NCBI GenBank assembly: GCA_041690295.1
Contig: JAWLHR010000001.1
Span: 1-64,000, forward strand
DNA: 64,000 nucleotides
Source: Bdellovibrionales bacterium
Lineage (GTDB): Bacteria > Bdellovibrionota > Bdellovibrionia > Bdellovibrionales > UBA1609
Reading direction: 5' to 3'
Below the pieces are notes generated by a model, which did not search any database, had not been told where the DNA came from, and was given only the letters and a program-made list of their open reading frames with translations. Position numbers and translations under genes: made by a program. Positions 28,763 to 38,086 of this stretch are shown here, one piece after another. How positions within the stretch are numbered: position 1 is the first letter of the stretch; the number at the start of each line of letters is the position of its first letter.

Positions 28763-28874
28763 CGATTTTTGACAAGCCTTTGAAATGGTTCATCCGCGCA
28801 TTTCAAGCACTTAAGCGATGACTGGACCGACAAAAGCGCAAAAAGTTGAGAAGCAATTTTGACAGGACAACCGC

Positions 28875-29693
28875 TTAGGAATTTTTTGCCGGAGATTTTA
28901 TTTTCTGAATGCGCGAGGAAATCTCAGCGCAGATGTCCGGGTTTCCGGCCAGGAGAGTGGAGTCGCCAAGTTCGTAGTTTTTCCCTTCATAGGTTCTCAC
29001 CACTCCGCCCGCCTCGCGCACCAGCACCACGCCGGCGGCCGTATCCCAGGGCTTGAGATTGGGTTCCCAAAAAGCATCGAACACGCCTTCAGCCACCAAA
29101 CATAAATCGTAAGCCGCGGCACCCGCCCGCCGAATGCCGCGCGCTTCGAACACCAAGTCCGAAAAAATTCGGATTTGTTCACGAAGAGCCCCGGTGTTGT
29201 CGGGGAAGAATCCGGTGGCGAGCAGGGACTCGCGAATGGCGCGGCCCTGGCGAACACGAATGGGCTCACCATTGACGAAAGCCCCGCCGCCTTTGATGGC
29301 CGTATAGGTCTTGTTTAAAATTGGAACATCGACCAGACCGAGGACCAAACTGTTCTGAAGTTGCAGTCCGATGCTGATGCAGAAAATAGGAAAACCATGA
29401 ACATAGTTGGTGGTGCCATCGAGTGGATCCACCACCCATTGATCCGCCTGCAGTCGTTCATCATTTTTGAGAAACGCGTTTTCTTCACCCAGGACTTTGA
29501 TCCCAGGGAACCGCGCGGTAAGCACCTCAGTGATAGATTTTTCACTCTCGAGATCGGCTTCGCTGACAAGACCCGCGTAAGATTTCTCCTGGACCTTTTT
29601 GATTTGACCAAAATAGTGGAGCAAGACTTTTCGGCCGGCCCGCGCCGCCTCTTGCGCCGTAGCGAGGGCTTGGGTTAAATCCACGTTCCGCAT
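28875..29693 (-). CDS. suhB: Inositol monophosphatase family protein
   Basis: WVVDPLDGTTNYVHG, RRAGAAAYDLC, LKPWDTAAG. Confidence 0.93.
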   Translation of the reverse strand: MRNVDLTQALATAQEAARAGRKVLLHYFGQIKKVQEKSYAGLVSEADLESEKSITEVLTARFPGIKVLGEENAFLKNDERLQADQWVVDPLDGTTNYVHGFPIFCISIGLQLQNSLVLGLVDVPILNKTYTAIKGGGAFVNGEPIRVRQGRAIRESLLATGFFPDNTGALREQIRIFSDLVFEARGIRRAGAAAYDLCLVAEGVFDAFWEPNLKPWDTAAGVVLVREAGGVVRTYEGKNYELGDSTLLAGNPDICAEISSRIQKIKSPAKNS

Positions 29694-29741
29694 TCATCTT
29701 TTGATACGATCTTCCGAATATATGTCAAGGCTTTGGAGCGG

Positions 29742-29770
29742 TTGACCCCACTCGGCGGGGACACTAAAAT
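29742..29770 (+). promoter_or_regulatory. Sigma70-like promoter of the SPOR gene
   Basis: TTGACC-N17-TAAAAT. Confidence 0.55.
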
Positions 29771-29794
29771 TAAAAGTAACCCTTGGAGGAATTC

Positions 29795-30574
29795 ATGTCA
29801 GGCGATAAAGGCGGAAACAAGGCGGACACCTTGGTGAAAGTCGTATTATTTGTCTTTATTTCACTGCTTTCGTTTTCTGTCGGAACTTTCGTTGGAAAAC
29901 AAGTCAGTGACAGTGATCATCGCCGCATGGCCTTGGAAGGTGAATACAGCGGCCGCACAGTGGCTTCCGCCGATCAAACTCAAGCCGATGAGGACCAAAG
30001 AATCACCGAGAAGGAAGTTGAAGCGCTGACGGAAGAATTCGTGAATCGTGAAAAAGCCATGCGTGAACCGGCCAGCGAAGAAACTCACGCCGCCAAAGAA
30101 CCTGAACACGCTGAGGCGAAAGACAGTCCGGCGAAGGAAGGATACAAAGCCTATCCGCGCGGTAAAGGCAAAGTCGCCGCCAAGGAAGCGGCTCCCGCCA
30201 AAGCCGCCGGTCACGCCGCGACCAATCCCTCGCATATCGCTGACAAAGTCGCCCAAGGCAAAGCGCCCACCGATGGCGCTAAAGAGGCCCGCAAGCCTCA
30301 ATCCGTGTTACCGCCGGTCGCTTCAACCGCCGTGGGCAAGTACACCGTGCAAGTGGCGTCCTATCCCGATGAAAAGGAAGCCAAGAATCACGCGGCTGAA
30401 CTTAAAGGAAAAGGTTGGACGGCGTTTTATCTCCCCGCCAACGTGAATGGTAAGACTTGGTTCCGCGTTCTCGTGGGTTTGTTCGAAAATCAGGATAGCG
30501 CCAAACAATTCCGCGCGCAGTTCATGAAAGAAGCCAACACCAAGTCGGCGATCGTACAGAAAATCGTTCAGTAA
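29795..30574 (+). CDS. SPOR-domain membrane protein (FtsN/DedD-like)
   Basis: N-terminal TM helix, A/K/P-rich linker, YTVQVASY...WFRVLVGLF SPOR motif; SD GGAGG. Confidence 0.88.
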   Translation: MSGDKGGNKADTLVKVVLFVFISLLSFSVGTFVGKQVSDSDHRRMALEGEYSGRTVASADQTQADEDQRITEKEVEALTEEFVNREKAMREPASEETHAAKEPEHAEAKDSPAKEGYKAYPRGKGKVAAKEAAPAKAAGHAATNPSHIADKVAQGKAPTDGAKEARKPQSVLPPVASTAVGKYTVQVASYPDEKEAKNHAAELKGKGWTAFYLPANVNGKTWFRVLVGLFENQDSAKQFRAQFMKEANTKSAIVQKIVQ

Positions 30575-30601
30575 AAACCCGCGCTGACGAGTGGAGCCGT
30601 C

Positions 30602-31141
30602 CTAGAGGACGACTCCCAATCTCAACACCGCGACAAACGAAATGTCCTTACGGTCCTCATTGGCCAGCCCACGCGCTTCCGCTTCCATCAGCACCCATTT
30701 CTCAAACATGTGAGCCACGCCCACGCCCATGCCCATAAGTCCGCTTCGTCCCGTGCGATCCGTCGAGGCGTTTCTAAACTTCGCGTGTATGCGATCGAAT
30801 TGCATTCCCAGTCCCGCGGAGACGTAAGGCGATAAGTGAAGCCGGCGCGCGAATTCGTGCCTCGCCCACGCGGAAAGGATGTAGCTTTCGGAATTGATCG
30901 TGAACCCGCCCGAGCTGGAATCCATTCGTTCATAGCCGGCCTCAAGCGTCACCGCCCACGGCCAGTATCGCCGGTATTGGGCGAAAACCTGGGGCAGGGC
31001 CCGGGATTCCACATATTCCGGATTCACATCCTGGCGAGCCCGGGCCTCGATTCCCGCGCCGATGCCCCAATCACGTTCCGCGGAGGCGGCCAAGACCTGT
31101 GAACTCAAAAACGCCGGAATAAATAAAATTAATTTCCACAC
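30602..31141 (-). CDS. Outer-membrane beta-barrel protein (OmpA/OmpW-like)
   Basis: Signal peptide from GTG 31141; amphipathic strands, SPYVSAGLG; overlaps upstream gene. Confidence 0.65.
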   Translation of the reverse strand: MWKLILFIPAFLSSQVLAASAERDWGIGAGIEARARQDVNPEYVESRALPQVFAQYRRYWPWAVTLEAGYERMDSSSGGFTINSESYILSAWARHEFARRLHLSPYVSAGLGMQFDRIHAKFRNASTDRTGRSGLMGMGVGVAHMFEKWVLMEAEARGLANEDRKDISFVAVLRLGVVL

Positions 31142-32277
31142 TGGGAGAAACTCCTTGCCATCATTTCGGCGGAGACCGTTTGCTCGAGAGCCGCGCAACC
31201 GAATTTGGTTATTTCAAAACCATCCAAGACAAGCGGAACAATGTCTTCATAAGCGAAAACCCGTGTGTAATAGTCGTCGGCCAAAATGTTCGGGATGTCC
31301 TTGAGCCGATCCAGCACATGTTTGAGTAGCCCCTCGGCTCCTTTAGGATGATCGATGGATATATGATAAAGCAGGCGGGCGAGAATCGTGCCCTCGTCAT
31401 AACTGCTGTCTCTCATTCGCCGCCGCAATGTCGTTTCATTCACACCTTCCATTTGCGTCGGACCCAAATGGCCCGGAAGGCTTTTGAACGGTCTCAGTCG
31501 CCCGCTCAAGTCCCGGTCGACATGGGGAAATGAATCGGAGAAAAGGTCACTCGTCTTTTGAAAAACCGAGGCGTAAAAATCCGCGAAACCTTCATTCCAC
31601 GAGCGGATTACGAAATTATTCAGTCCCGCGGGAGAATCCAGGTTGGAATTTTCCAGATCTTCAATCACGGGCTTCAACGACGGCCGAACATAGGGCTGCC
31701 GGCCCCGAATCAGCCGGTTCATTGGCGTGATCACCAAAGATTGAAAATGAGCGTGAGCATGCTCGTGGGCCAGGACACCGCCATTGACGGCGAGTGGAAG
31801 TCCGCTTTGGGTGTAAGGCACGACGGCGATCACATCGAGCAAAGAGAAATAGTGGGCGTTATTGAAGCGGATATCAGGTGTGGCACTGAGATTGATCTCG
31901 ATCCCCACCTTTCGCGGCCAGGAAATGTTTTGATGGAAACCGTGGCGGCGATCGAATTCATAGATTCGTTCGAATTGAGCGTAAACCGTGAGCGCCATGG
32001 AACTATTCACATCCAGGGGAACGCACACACCATCACCGGTGCGAGAGAGCTTTGGACGGGCGACCCGACCTGTATAGCCCTCGTAGCGAATGGGAGCGTT
32101 ATAATAAATTTCCGCCGCCGCTCCCCGCAGTTCATAGGGTGAAGCCAGCGTCGTCACCTGAACTTCGCGAAATTCGCCGTTCCACAGCAAAATAAATTTG
32201 TCACCGCATTCGCCAGTGAGCGATCCGGCACAGCCACAGAGTGACAGAAACAAAAGTGTCGAAGAGATCAAACGCAT
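31129..32277 (-). CDS. Lipoprotein, putative zinc metallopeptidase (gluzincin-like)
   Basis: Lipobox LSLCGC; NNAHY, LAHEHAHAHF (HExxH), downstream NEGFAD third-ligand motif. Confidence 0.72.
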   Translation of the reverse strand: MRLISSTLLFLSLCGCAGSLTGECGDKFILLWNGEFREVQVTTLASPYELRGAAAEIYYNAPIRYEGYTGRVARPKLSRTGDGVCVPLDVNSSMALTVYAQFERIYEFDRRHGFHQNISWPRKVGIEINLSATPDIRFNNAHYFSLLDVIAVVPYTQSGLPLAVNGGVLAHEHAHAHFQSLVITPMNRLIRGRQPYVRPSLKPVIEDLENSNLDSPAGLNNFVIRSWNEGFADFYASVFQKTSDLFSDSFPHVDRDLSGRLRPFKSLPGHLGPTQMEGVNETTLRRRMRDSSYDEGTILARLLYHISIDHPKGAEGLLKHVLDRLKDIPNILADDYYTRVFAYEDIVPLVLDGFEITKFGCAALEQTVSAEMMARSFSQCGN

Positions 32278-32389
32278 GATATTTTGCAACCCGTGGCGAC
32301 GATATATGATACTTTGCATCAAAACGCCACATTTTCTTGCTAAACATTTGAAAGGATTCTTAGTTTGGCGAACTAAAGGTGATGATCTT

Positions 32390-34675
32390 ATGGCCATTCT
32401 GAAAAATTTTGCAGAGGCGCTCAACGAGCGCCAGGCGGAAGCGGTTGAACAACTCAGCGGCCCCCTCCTCATCTTGGCGGGTGCCGGTTCCGGTAAGACC
32501 CGCGTCCTGACCTATCGCATAGCCAATTTGATCGCGCAAGGCGAGGCCACGACCGAGCAAATTCTAGCTGTCACGTTTACCAACAAGGCGGCGCGGGAAA
32601 TGGAAACGCGCGTGATCAAACTCCTTCATGATCTTGGCATCAGCGTGTTTGATCGGATGTGGATTTCCACCTTCCACTCCATCTGCGCGCGGATTCTCCG
32701 CGATGATATTCATTTGCTGGATTACCCATCCTTTTTCGGCATCTACGACGACTCCGATCAGATGTCGTTGCTGAAAAAGGTTCTGCAGATGCTGAACATC
32801 AATGACAAACAATACCCGCCCCGCTCGTTTCAAGCGCGGATCAATGAAGCCAAGCAAATCGCGCTGTCTCCGGATGATGTGGCCAAAAGGGGCGGCGCCC
32901 TTTGGGATGATCGAAGTCTTGAAGTTTACCGGGTTTATGAAGAAGAGCTGAAAAAAGCCAATGCGCTGGATTTCGGAGATCTTCTGTTCAAAACCTACGA
33001 TCTGTTCCGGACTTATCCGGACATTCTGGCCAAGTATCAGGACCGCTTTCAATACATCTCCGTGGACGAGTACCAGGACACCAACCACATCCAATACCTG
33101 CTGGTGAAAATGCTGGCCGAACGGCACCGCAATCTTTGTGTGGTTGGTGATGAGGATCAGTCGATCTATTCCTGGCGGGGTGCCGATATCCGCAACATCT
33201 TGAGCTTTGAAACCGATTTCCCTGACGCCAAGGTGATCAAGCTGGAAGAAAATTATCGTTCCACCGGCACAATCGTTCAGGCGGCGTCGGAATTGATCAA
33301 GAACAATACCCAACGCAAAGACAAAACCTTATTTACGAAAAACGCTCCGGGTGAACTGATTTACGTGCACGAAGACCTGAATGAATACGAAGAGGCGAGA
33401 TTCGTCGTGCAAAACGTGGCGTCGTTGATGAATGCGCAGCCGTACTCATACAAAGACTTCGCGGTTTTTTACCGCACCAACGCCCAATCCCGCGTGATCG
33501 AGGATCACATGCGGAGCCAGAACATACCCTACAAACTGGTGGGCGGCGTGAAGTTCTATGAGCGGATGGAAATCAAGGATGTACTCGCCTACCTGAAAAT
33601 GTTCGTGAATCCCGCGGATGACGTGGCCGTGCAACGGATCATCAATGTGCCCGCGCGCGGAATCGGCAAAACCACCGTTGATAAAATCGAAGAGTACGCC
33701 ATTCAGCATAAAATCACTTTCCATGAGGCGATTCTGCGTGTCGCCGAGCAGCGCTTGGTCCATTCGGGCGCGGCCCGTAAGCTGCGTGATTTCCGTAATC
33801 TGGCCGATGATCTCGCGGAAAAGGCGAAGATCATGAAATTGTCCGATTTGTTCATCGAGCTTCTCGATGCCACTCAATACGTGACCCGGCTTAAGGAAGA
33901 AAACACTCCCGAGTCACAATCCCGTATCGACAACTTGGAAGAATTCGCCAACGCCATCCGGCAGTTCGAGCAAGAACGCGGCGAAGAGGCGACCCTCACC
34001 AACTTCCTCGAAGAAATGGCCCTTGTTTCCGATGTGGATCAATTGGAAGAGGGAGATAATTACGTCACACTGATGACTTTACACATTTCCAAGGGTTTGG
34101 AGTTTCCGGTGGTGTTCATGGTGGGCATGGAGGAAGGATTATTTCCCTCAGCGCGGTCCATGGACGACTCGGATCCCGAGCGGATCGAGGAAGAGCGCCG
34201 GTTGGCCTACGTGGGCATGACCCGCGCGCGGGAACGACTATACCTTACCCACGCGCGCACGCGCCGGGTTTGGGGTCAGGAACAAAGTCATCCGCCGTCA
34301 CGTTTTCTGCGTGAGATTCCGGATAAGTATGTGCAGCGGCACACCCGCATTCAACGGCCGGCCTTTCTCGACCGCTACCGTGAAAAATACGGAGCTTATG
34401 AAAGTCGCGGGTTCGCGGTCACCGCGCAAGCTCGTGGCAGGAAACTGGAACATCCGGAACTTTACGATACGATGCCGGATTACGAAAACGAGTTCGGCAA
34501 CTCGAGCTCCAAGTCCTACGCCAAAGGCATGCGCGTTCGCCATCCCACCTTCGGCGTGGGTTCGATCTATCAGGTTGAAGGCAGCGGTGAAATGCAAAAG
34601 GTCAGCGTGGTGTTTCACGATCAGACCTTCAAGAAATTCGTAGTGAAGTATGCCCGCCTGGAAATTTTAGGCTAA
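32390..34675 (+). CDS. pcrA: ATP-dependent DNA helicase UvrD/PcrA
   Basis: AGAGSGKT, VDEYQDTN, GDEDQSIYSWRGA, TLHISKGLEF, EERRLAYVGMTRA, C-terminal VRHPTFGVG Tudor-like domain. Confidence 0.96.
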   Translation: MAILKNFAEALNERQAEAVEQLSGPLLILAGAGSGKTRVLTYRIANLIAQGEATTEQILAVTFTNKAAREMETRVIKLLHDLGISVFDRMWISTFHSICARILRDDIHLLDYPSFFGIYDDSDQMSLLKKVLQMLNINDKQYPPRSFQARINEAKQIALSPDDVAKRGGALWDDRSLEVYRVYEEELKKANALDFGDLLFKTYDLFRTYPDILAKYQDRFQYISVDEYQDTNHIQYLLVKMLAERHRNLCVVGDEDQSIYSWRGADIRNILSFETDFPDAKVIKLEENYRSTGTIVQAASELIKNNTQRKDKTLFTKNAPGELIYVHEDLNEYEEARFVVQNVASLMNAQPYSYKDFAVFYRTNAQSRVIEDHMRSQNIPYKLVGGVKFYERMEIKDVLAYLKMFVNPADDVAVQRIINVPARGIGKTTVDKIEEYAIQHKITFHEAILRVAEQRLVHSGAARKLRDFRNLADDLAEKAKIMKLSDLFIELLDATQYVTRLKEENTPESQSRIDNLEEFANAIRQFEQERGEEATLTNFLEEMALVSDVDQLEEGDNYVTLMTLHISKGLEFPVVFMVGMEEGLFPSARSMDDSDPERIEEERRLAYVGMTRARERLYLTHARTRRVWGQEQSHPPSRFLREIPDKYVQRHTRIQRPAFLDRYREKYGAYESRGFAVTAQARGRKLEHPELYDTMPDYENEFGNSSSKSYAKGMRVRHPTFGVGSIYQVEGSGEMQKVSVVFHDQTFKKFVVKYARLEILG

Positions 34676-35832
34676 GGTTCGTTGGCGTAAATCTCCACAT
34701 CCGGCGGAACAATCGATGGACCGATCGGATTTTCATAACGCCCTACGATCCCGTCGAAACCGCGATAGTCGCGGTAACCTTCGCCCCGCCCGATTTCAAA
34801 ATCGGGCACGAGCCCGACCTTTCCACCCCCACCCGGTATATCCAAGGAGAGATTCGGCATGGCGAGACCGGATAAAGACCCCCAAAGCTCTCTTTGGATC
34901 CTGAGTGATTCATCCACGGAGGTGCGAAAGTGCTCAGTGCCTTCGGAAGGGTCACACTGAAACATGTAATAAGGCTTCACACGCAGATAAAGGAGTCGCC
35001 TCGACAGCGCCTTGACGATCGCCGCGTGATTGTTGATTCCGTTCAATAGCACCATTTGGTTGAACACCGGCACGCCGTTGTCCACCAACAGCTCAAGCGC
35101 GCCGGCGGCCTCGGCGCTCAATTCCCTCGGGTGGTTGAAGTGAGTGATAAAAAACACCGGCTTGTGCTTTTTGAACAAGCCGACCAGGTCATTGGTCAAT
35201 CGCATCGGGCAAACCACCGGCATCCGGCTCGCGATCCGGATCACCTCGACGGTTTCAATTTTACGCAAATCAAACAGCACCCGCTCGATTCTCGAATCAC
35301 CTAAAGTGAGCGGATCGCCGCCGGAAAGAATCACCTCACGAACACGGGGATGGCGCCGAATGTAATCCAGCGCCAGATCATAGTCCGATGAACCAATGAA
35401 CGCTTGGTCCATGCCGGTGAAATGCTTGCGCAAACAGTAACGGCAATAGAGCGAGCATTGGTCCGTGAGCAAAAATAAAACCCGATCCGGATAGCGATGG
35501 ACCAAACGCTTCACCGGCGAATGTTTTTCTTCTCCCAAGGGATCGGGCATGTGTTGACCGCCGCGGTTCAATTCCTTCAAGCGAGGGATCACCATGCGCC
35601 GAATTGGATCCTCGGGATTCTCACGATTCACAAGCGCGATGTAATAGGGAGTGGCCGCCACCGGGAACTGGGGCGATTTGTCGAAGGCCGCGGCCTCGTC
35701 TTCGCTGAGCTGGAGATGCTTTGACAAGTCCTCGCGCGATCTCAATCCCGACCGGAATTGCCATCGCCAATCGTGCCAATCAGTGCTGGAGACTCCAGGA
35801 AAAGGCTCGGTGGGCGGAAATGAAAATTTCAT
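34672..35832 (-). CDS. KamA family radical SAM protein (lysine 2,3-aminomutase/EpmB-like)
   Basis: HRYPDRVL, CSLYCRYC, ILSGGDPL, HFNHPRE, PGGGGKV. Confidence 0.92.
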   Translation of the reverse strand: MKFSFPPTEPFPGVSSTDWHDWRWQFRSGLRSREDLSKHLQLSEDEAAAFDKSPQFPVAATPYYIALVNRENPEDPIRRMVIPRLKELNRGGQHMPDPLGEEKHSPVKRLVHRYPDRVLFLLTDQCSLYCRYCLRKHFTGMDQAFIGSSDYDLALDYIRRHPRVREVILSGGDPLTLGDSRIERVLFDLRKIETVEVIRIASRMPVVCPMRLTNDLVGLFKKHKPVFFITHFNHPRELSAEAAGALELLVDNGVPVFNQMVLLNGINNHAAIVKALSRRLLYLRVKPYYMFQCDPSEGTEHFRTSVDESLRIQRELWGSLSGLAMPNLSLDIPGGGGKVGLVPDFEIGRGEGYRDYRGFDGIVGRYENPIGPSIVPPDVEIYANEP

Positions 35833-35834
35833 AA

Positions 35835-35864
35835 GGCTAAGGGTCTCCTGAGAAACCCTTAGCC
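35835..35864 (-). promoter_or_regulatory. 13-bp stem-loop occluding the kamA ribosome-binding site
   Basis: GGCUAAGGGUUUC-UCAG-GAGACCCUUAGCC ends 2 nt before the AUG. Confidence 0.55.
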
Positions 35865-35903
35865 AAATTGCAGAATGGATTCAAGCCATTCGCGCGAATT
35901 CGA

Positions 35904-36413
35904 TTAAAACTTCACCCGACAGGTGACGGCCGATGTCGGCAGGTAACCGGCCGGAAGCGGGATTTCCAATGTGGCCAAGAGGCCATCCAGCACGGAATCC
36001 GAAAGCGGCCAAGCCAGGAAAAAACTCATTTTGGATTGGGCCACCGTAATGTAAGTGATCCCCGCGAGAGTCGCTTCATCGCTTTCCATATCAAAGGGGC
36101 GCGAGAGAACCATGTGGGCCGTGACCGGACGGCCGTTCACCTCAACCACCAAAACCGCCGACGGGAACGATGTGTTCACCTCGGTGTTGTACCAGAGCTC
36201 ACCGCCTTTGATCGCGTTTTTCGCGAATCCATAAATAAGATGAGTTTTGTCCTGATCCGCTTGGCTGTAGTTGATTTGAGCGAAACCGAACATGGGATTG
36301 AAAGCGTAACAAGTGTATTCGGTCGCCATACGGATTTCCGCGAAAGCGGTGTTCGACATAAAGAGCGTGCCGAAAATCGCGAACAGAGAACGGAAAAGAA
36401 TTCGATTCAACAT
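35904..36413 (-). CDS. Hypothetical secreted protein
   Basis: Signal peptide ...LFMSNTAFA; SD-like GGGGGA; terminal Cys pair. Confidence 0.65.
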   Translation of the reverse strand: MLNRILFRSLFAIFGTLFMSNTAFAEIRMATEYTCYAFNPMFGFAQINYSQADQDKTHLIYGFAKNAIKGGELWYNTEVNTSFPSAVLVVEVNGRPVTAHMVLSRPFDMESDEATLAGITYITVAQSKMSFFLAWPLSDSVLDGLLATLEIPLPAGYLPTSAVTCRVKF

Positions 36414-36494
36414 ATTGTCCCCCCAAATGGTTATTGGGAGAACAATATGTACGGATAATTCAATTTGCAAATAGTGCTAATGCTCTAAATAAGC

Positions 36495-37736
36495 TTAGCG
36501 GGTGACCGGGCTGCCGATGGCGGGTAAACGGAATCCGTTCGGTAACGCTCCCGGAACGGGCCGCTGCTGAGGCACGCCAGGTTGTCCCGGAGTGATGACC
36601 GGCTGTCCGACAACCGCTCCCGGTGTGGGGCGCACCGGCTGATTGGCGTAGCGTCCACGGCCTCTGCGGGTGGTCGGCGCTAACTGTTGTTGTTGTTGCT
36701 GCTGCTGCTGTTGTTGTTGATCCTGCAGCCAGGGTTCTTGAGATGTCGTGTCCTGCTGCGAACCGATGACCGTTTCATTGAATCCGTAGAGTTCCTTTAA
36801 TCGATTTTCGTAATTTTCAAGATCGCTCAGAAGCTGACCCTGATATTCCCAATTGCTGATCACGTTTTTCAAGACGTGATTGATTTGAAGCCCGCGGGAC
36901 TCGAAATACCGTTCATAAGACGCCCGCACGAGTTTCAATTGCTGGAGCAAGGCTTGCTTTTGCTGAGGCGACAATTGCGCCGAATTCAGACTTTGAACGA
37001 TGAAATGCAAGTGGTGCGTGTAATCGCCGAACTTTTTCAAGTCGGCCAGCGATTCACGGATCAAAGGATTTTGGTTGTTGCCCAAAAGCCTTTCGATCTG
37101 AAGTAATTTGGCTTTACCTTGGCGGCGATCATTCTCATCCATGGAGCCGAGCAGTCTTTGCAGTTCGGGTTTATAGTTTTGGTCATAAAATTTCGCCGCT
37201 TCTTCCGGGTTATTGGTGGCCAAGCACGCCAAACGATCGTGACCCTGGAGAGTACGGTTGTTTTGATCAATTTCACAGTTGGAGATTCGTTGAGAACGCT
37301 CGCTCTCGGCCTTGGCTTGAGCGGCGAGATCCACCGCCAAACCATGAAACTGTTCATTCGCGGCCTTCACCACATCTTTCAAATCCAACCAATTTTTGAC
37401 TTCCACTTGAGTGGGATTGGCCGTGGCGGAGCGGGCGCCGCTGGCACAGGACTCACAGGGAGCCGCCGCTTCAGATTTAATCTCAAAAGCATCGACTTCA
37501 ATTTCTTCAAATGTTCCGTCCGCCTTGCGCTTCTTCTTGACCTGTTTCACGCGATTGACATCGATCGCGCCTTGAATCAGCTGTCCATCGACTTCCAAAG
37601 TGATGTTTTCGCAGCGAACGGTGTCGGATTGGTTCAGTTGATCGGAGAGATTACAGGCGGGCTGCTGACCAAATGCCGGAGCCGAAACCAAACCAATGGC
37701 TCCAATCAGCGTTATCATCGAAATCGAACGGTTCAT
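36495..37736 (-). CDS. Secreted hypothetical protein with CxxC, poly-Gln and Pro/Gly-rich tail
   Basis: SD GAGGAG; signal peptide ...VSAPAFG; PCESC; Q12 run. Confidence 0.75.
   Translation of the reverse strand: MNRSISMITLIGAIGLVSAPAFGQQPACNLSDQLNQSDTVRCENITLEVDGQLIQGAIDVNRVKQVKKKRKADGTFEEIEVDAFEIKSEAAAPCESCASGARSATANPTQVEVKNWLDLKDVVKAANEQFHGLAVDLAAQAKAESERSQRISNCEIDQNNRTLQGHDRLACLATNNPEEAAKFYDQNYKPELQRLLGSMDENDRRQGKAKLLQIERLLGNNQNPLIRESLADLKKFGDYTHHLHFIVQSLNSAQLSPQQKQALLQQLKLVRASYERYFESRGLQINHVLKNVISNWEYQGQLLSDLENYENRLKELYGFNETVIGSQQDTTSQEPWLQDQQQQQQQQQQQQLAPTTRRGRGRYANQPVRPTPGAVVGQPVITPGQPGVPQQRPVPGALPNGFRLPAIGSPVTR
36684..36719 (-). repeat. CAA/CAG trinucleotide tract encoding poly-Gln
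   Basis: 12 consecutive Gln codons. Confidence 0.9.
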
Positions 37737-38002
37737 AAATAATCTCCTCGTGAGCGGGCATCGGGCGGACGGGTGACACCCCTCACTACCCGAAATCGAG
37801 TCCAAGATCCGAACCAGACCGGGCCAAGGTTGTTAAGAGCTTGAAAATACAGGCGGAGTTCGAGTTTTTGTGAGCCGCCCGCTGAATCGGCCGAATGTTA
37901 AACCCGAATTCAGACCAATCTCAGCGATACGAAAAAACCGAGGATTTTAAAGACTTAGGCTTGTCAGTTTTTTAACAGGGTCAGTGCCGCACCAAATCCA
38001 TC

Positions 38003-38029
38003 AAAAAAACCCAGGGGTTTCCCCCTGGG
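38003..38029 (-). terminator. Rho-independent terminator
   Basis: CCCAGGGG-GAAA-CCCCTGGG followed by T7, downstream of the 38087 gene. Confidence 0.85.
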
Positions 38030-38086
38030 CCTTGCCACCACCATCAATGCTGGTTGCATGCAAAGATGTTTGTCTAAGATGTGCGA

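Noticed and set aside
32198..32389. Upstream extension of uvrD and of the opposite ORF to 32472
   Set aside because: The two extensions overlap each other; the helicase motif and the lipobox support starts at 32390 and 32277.
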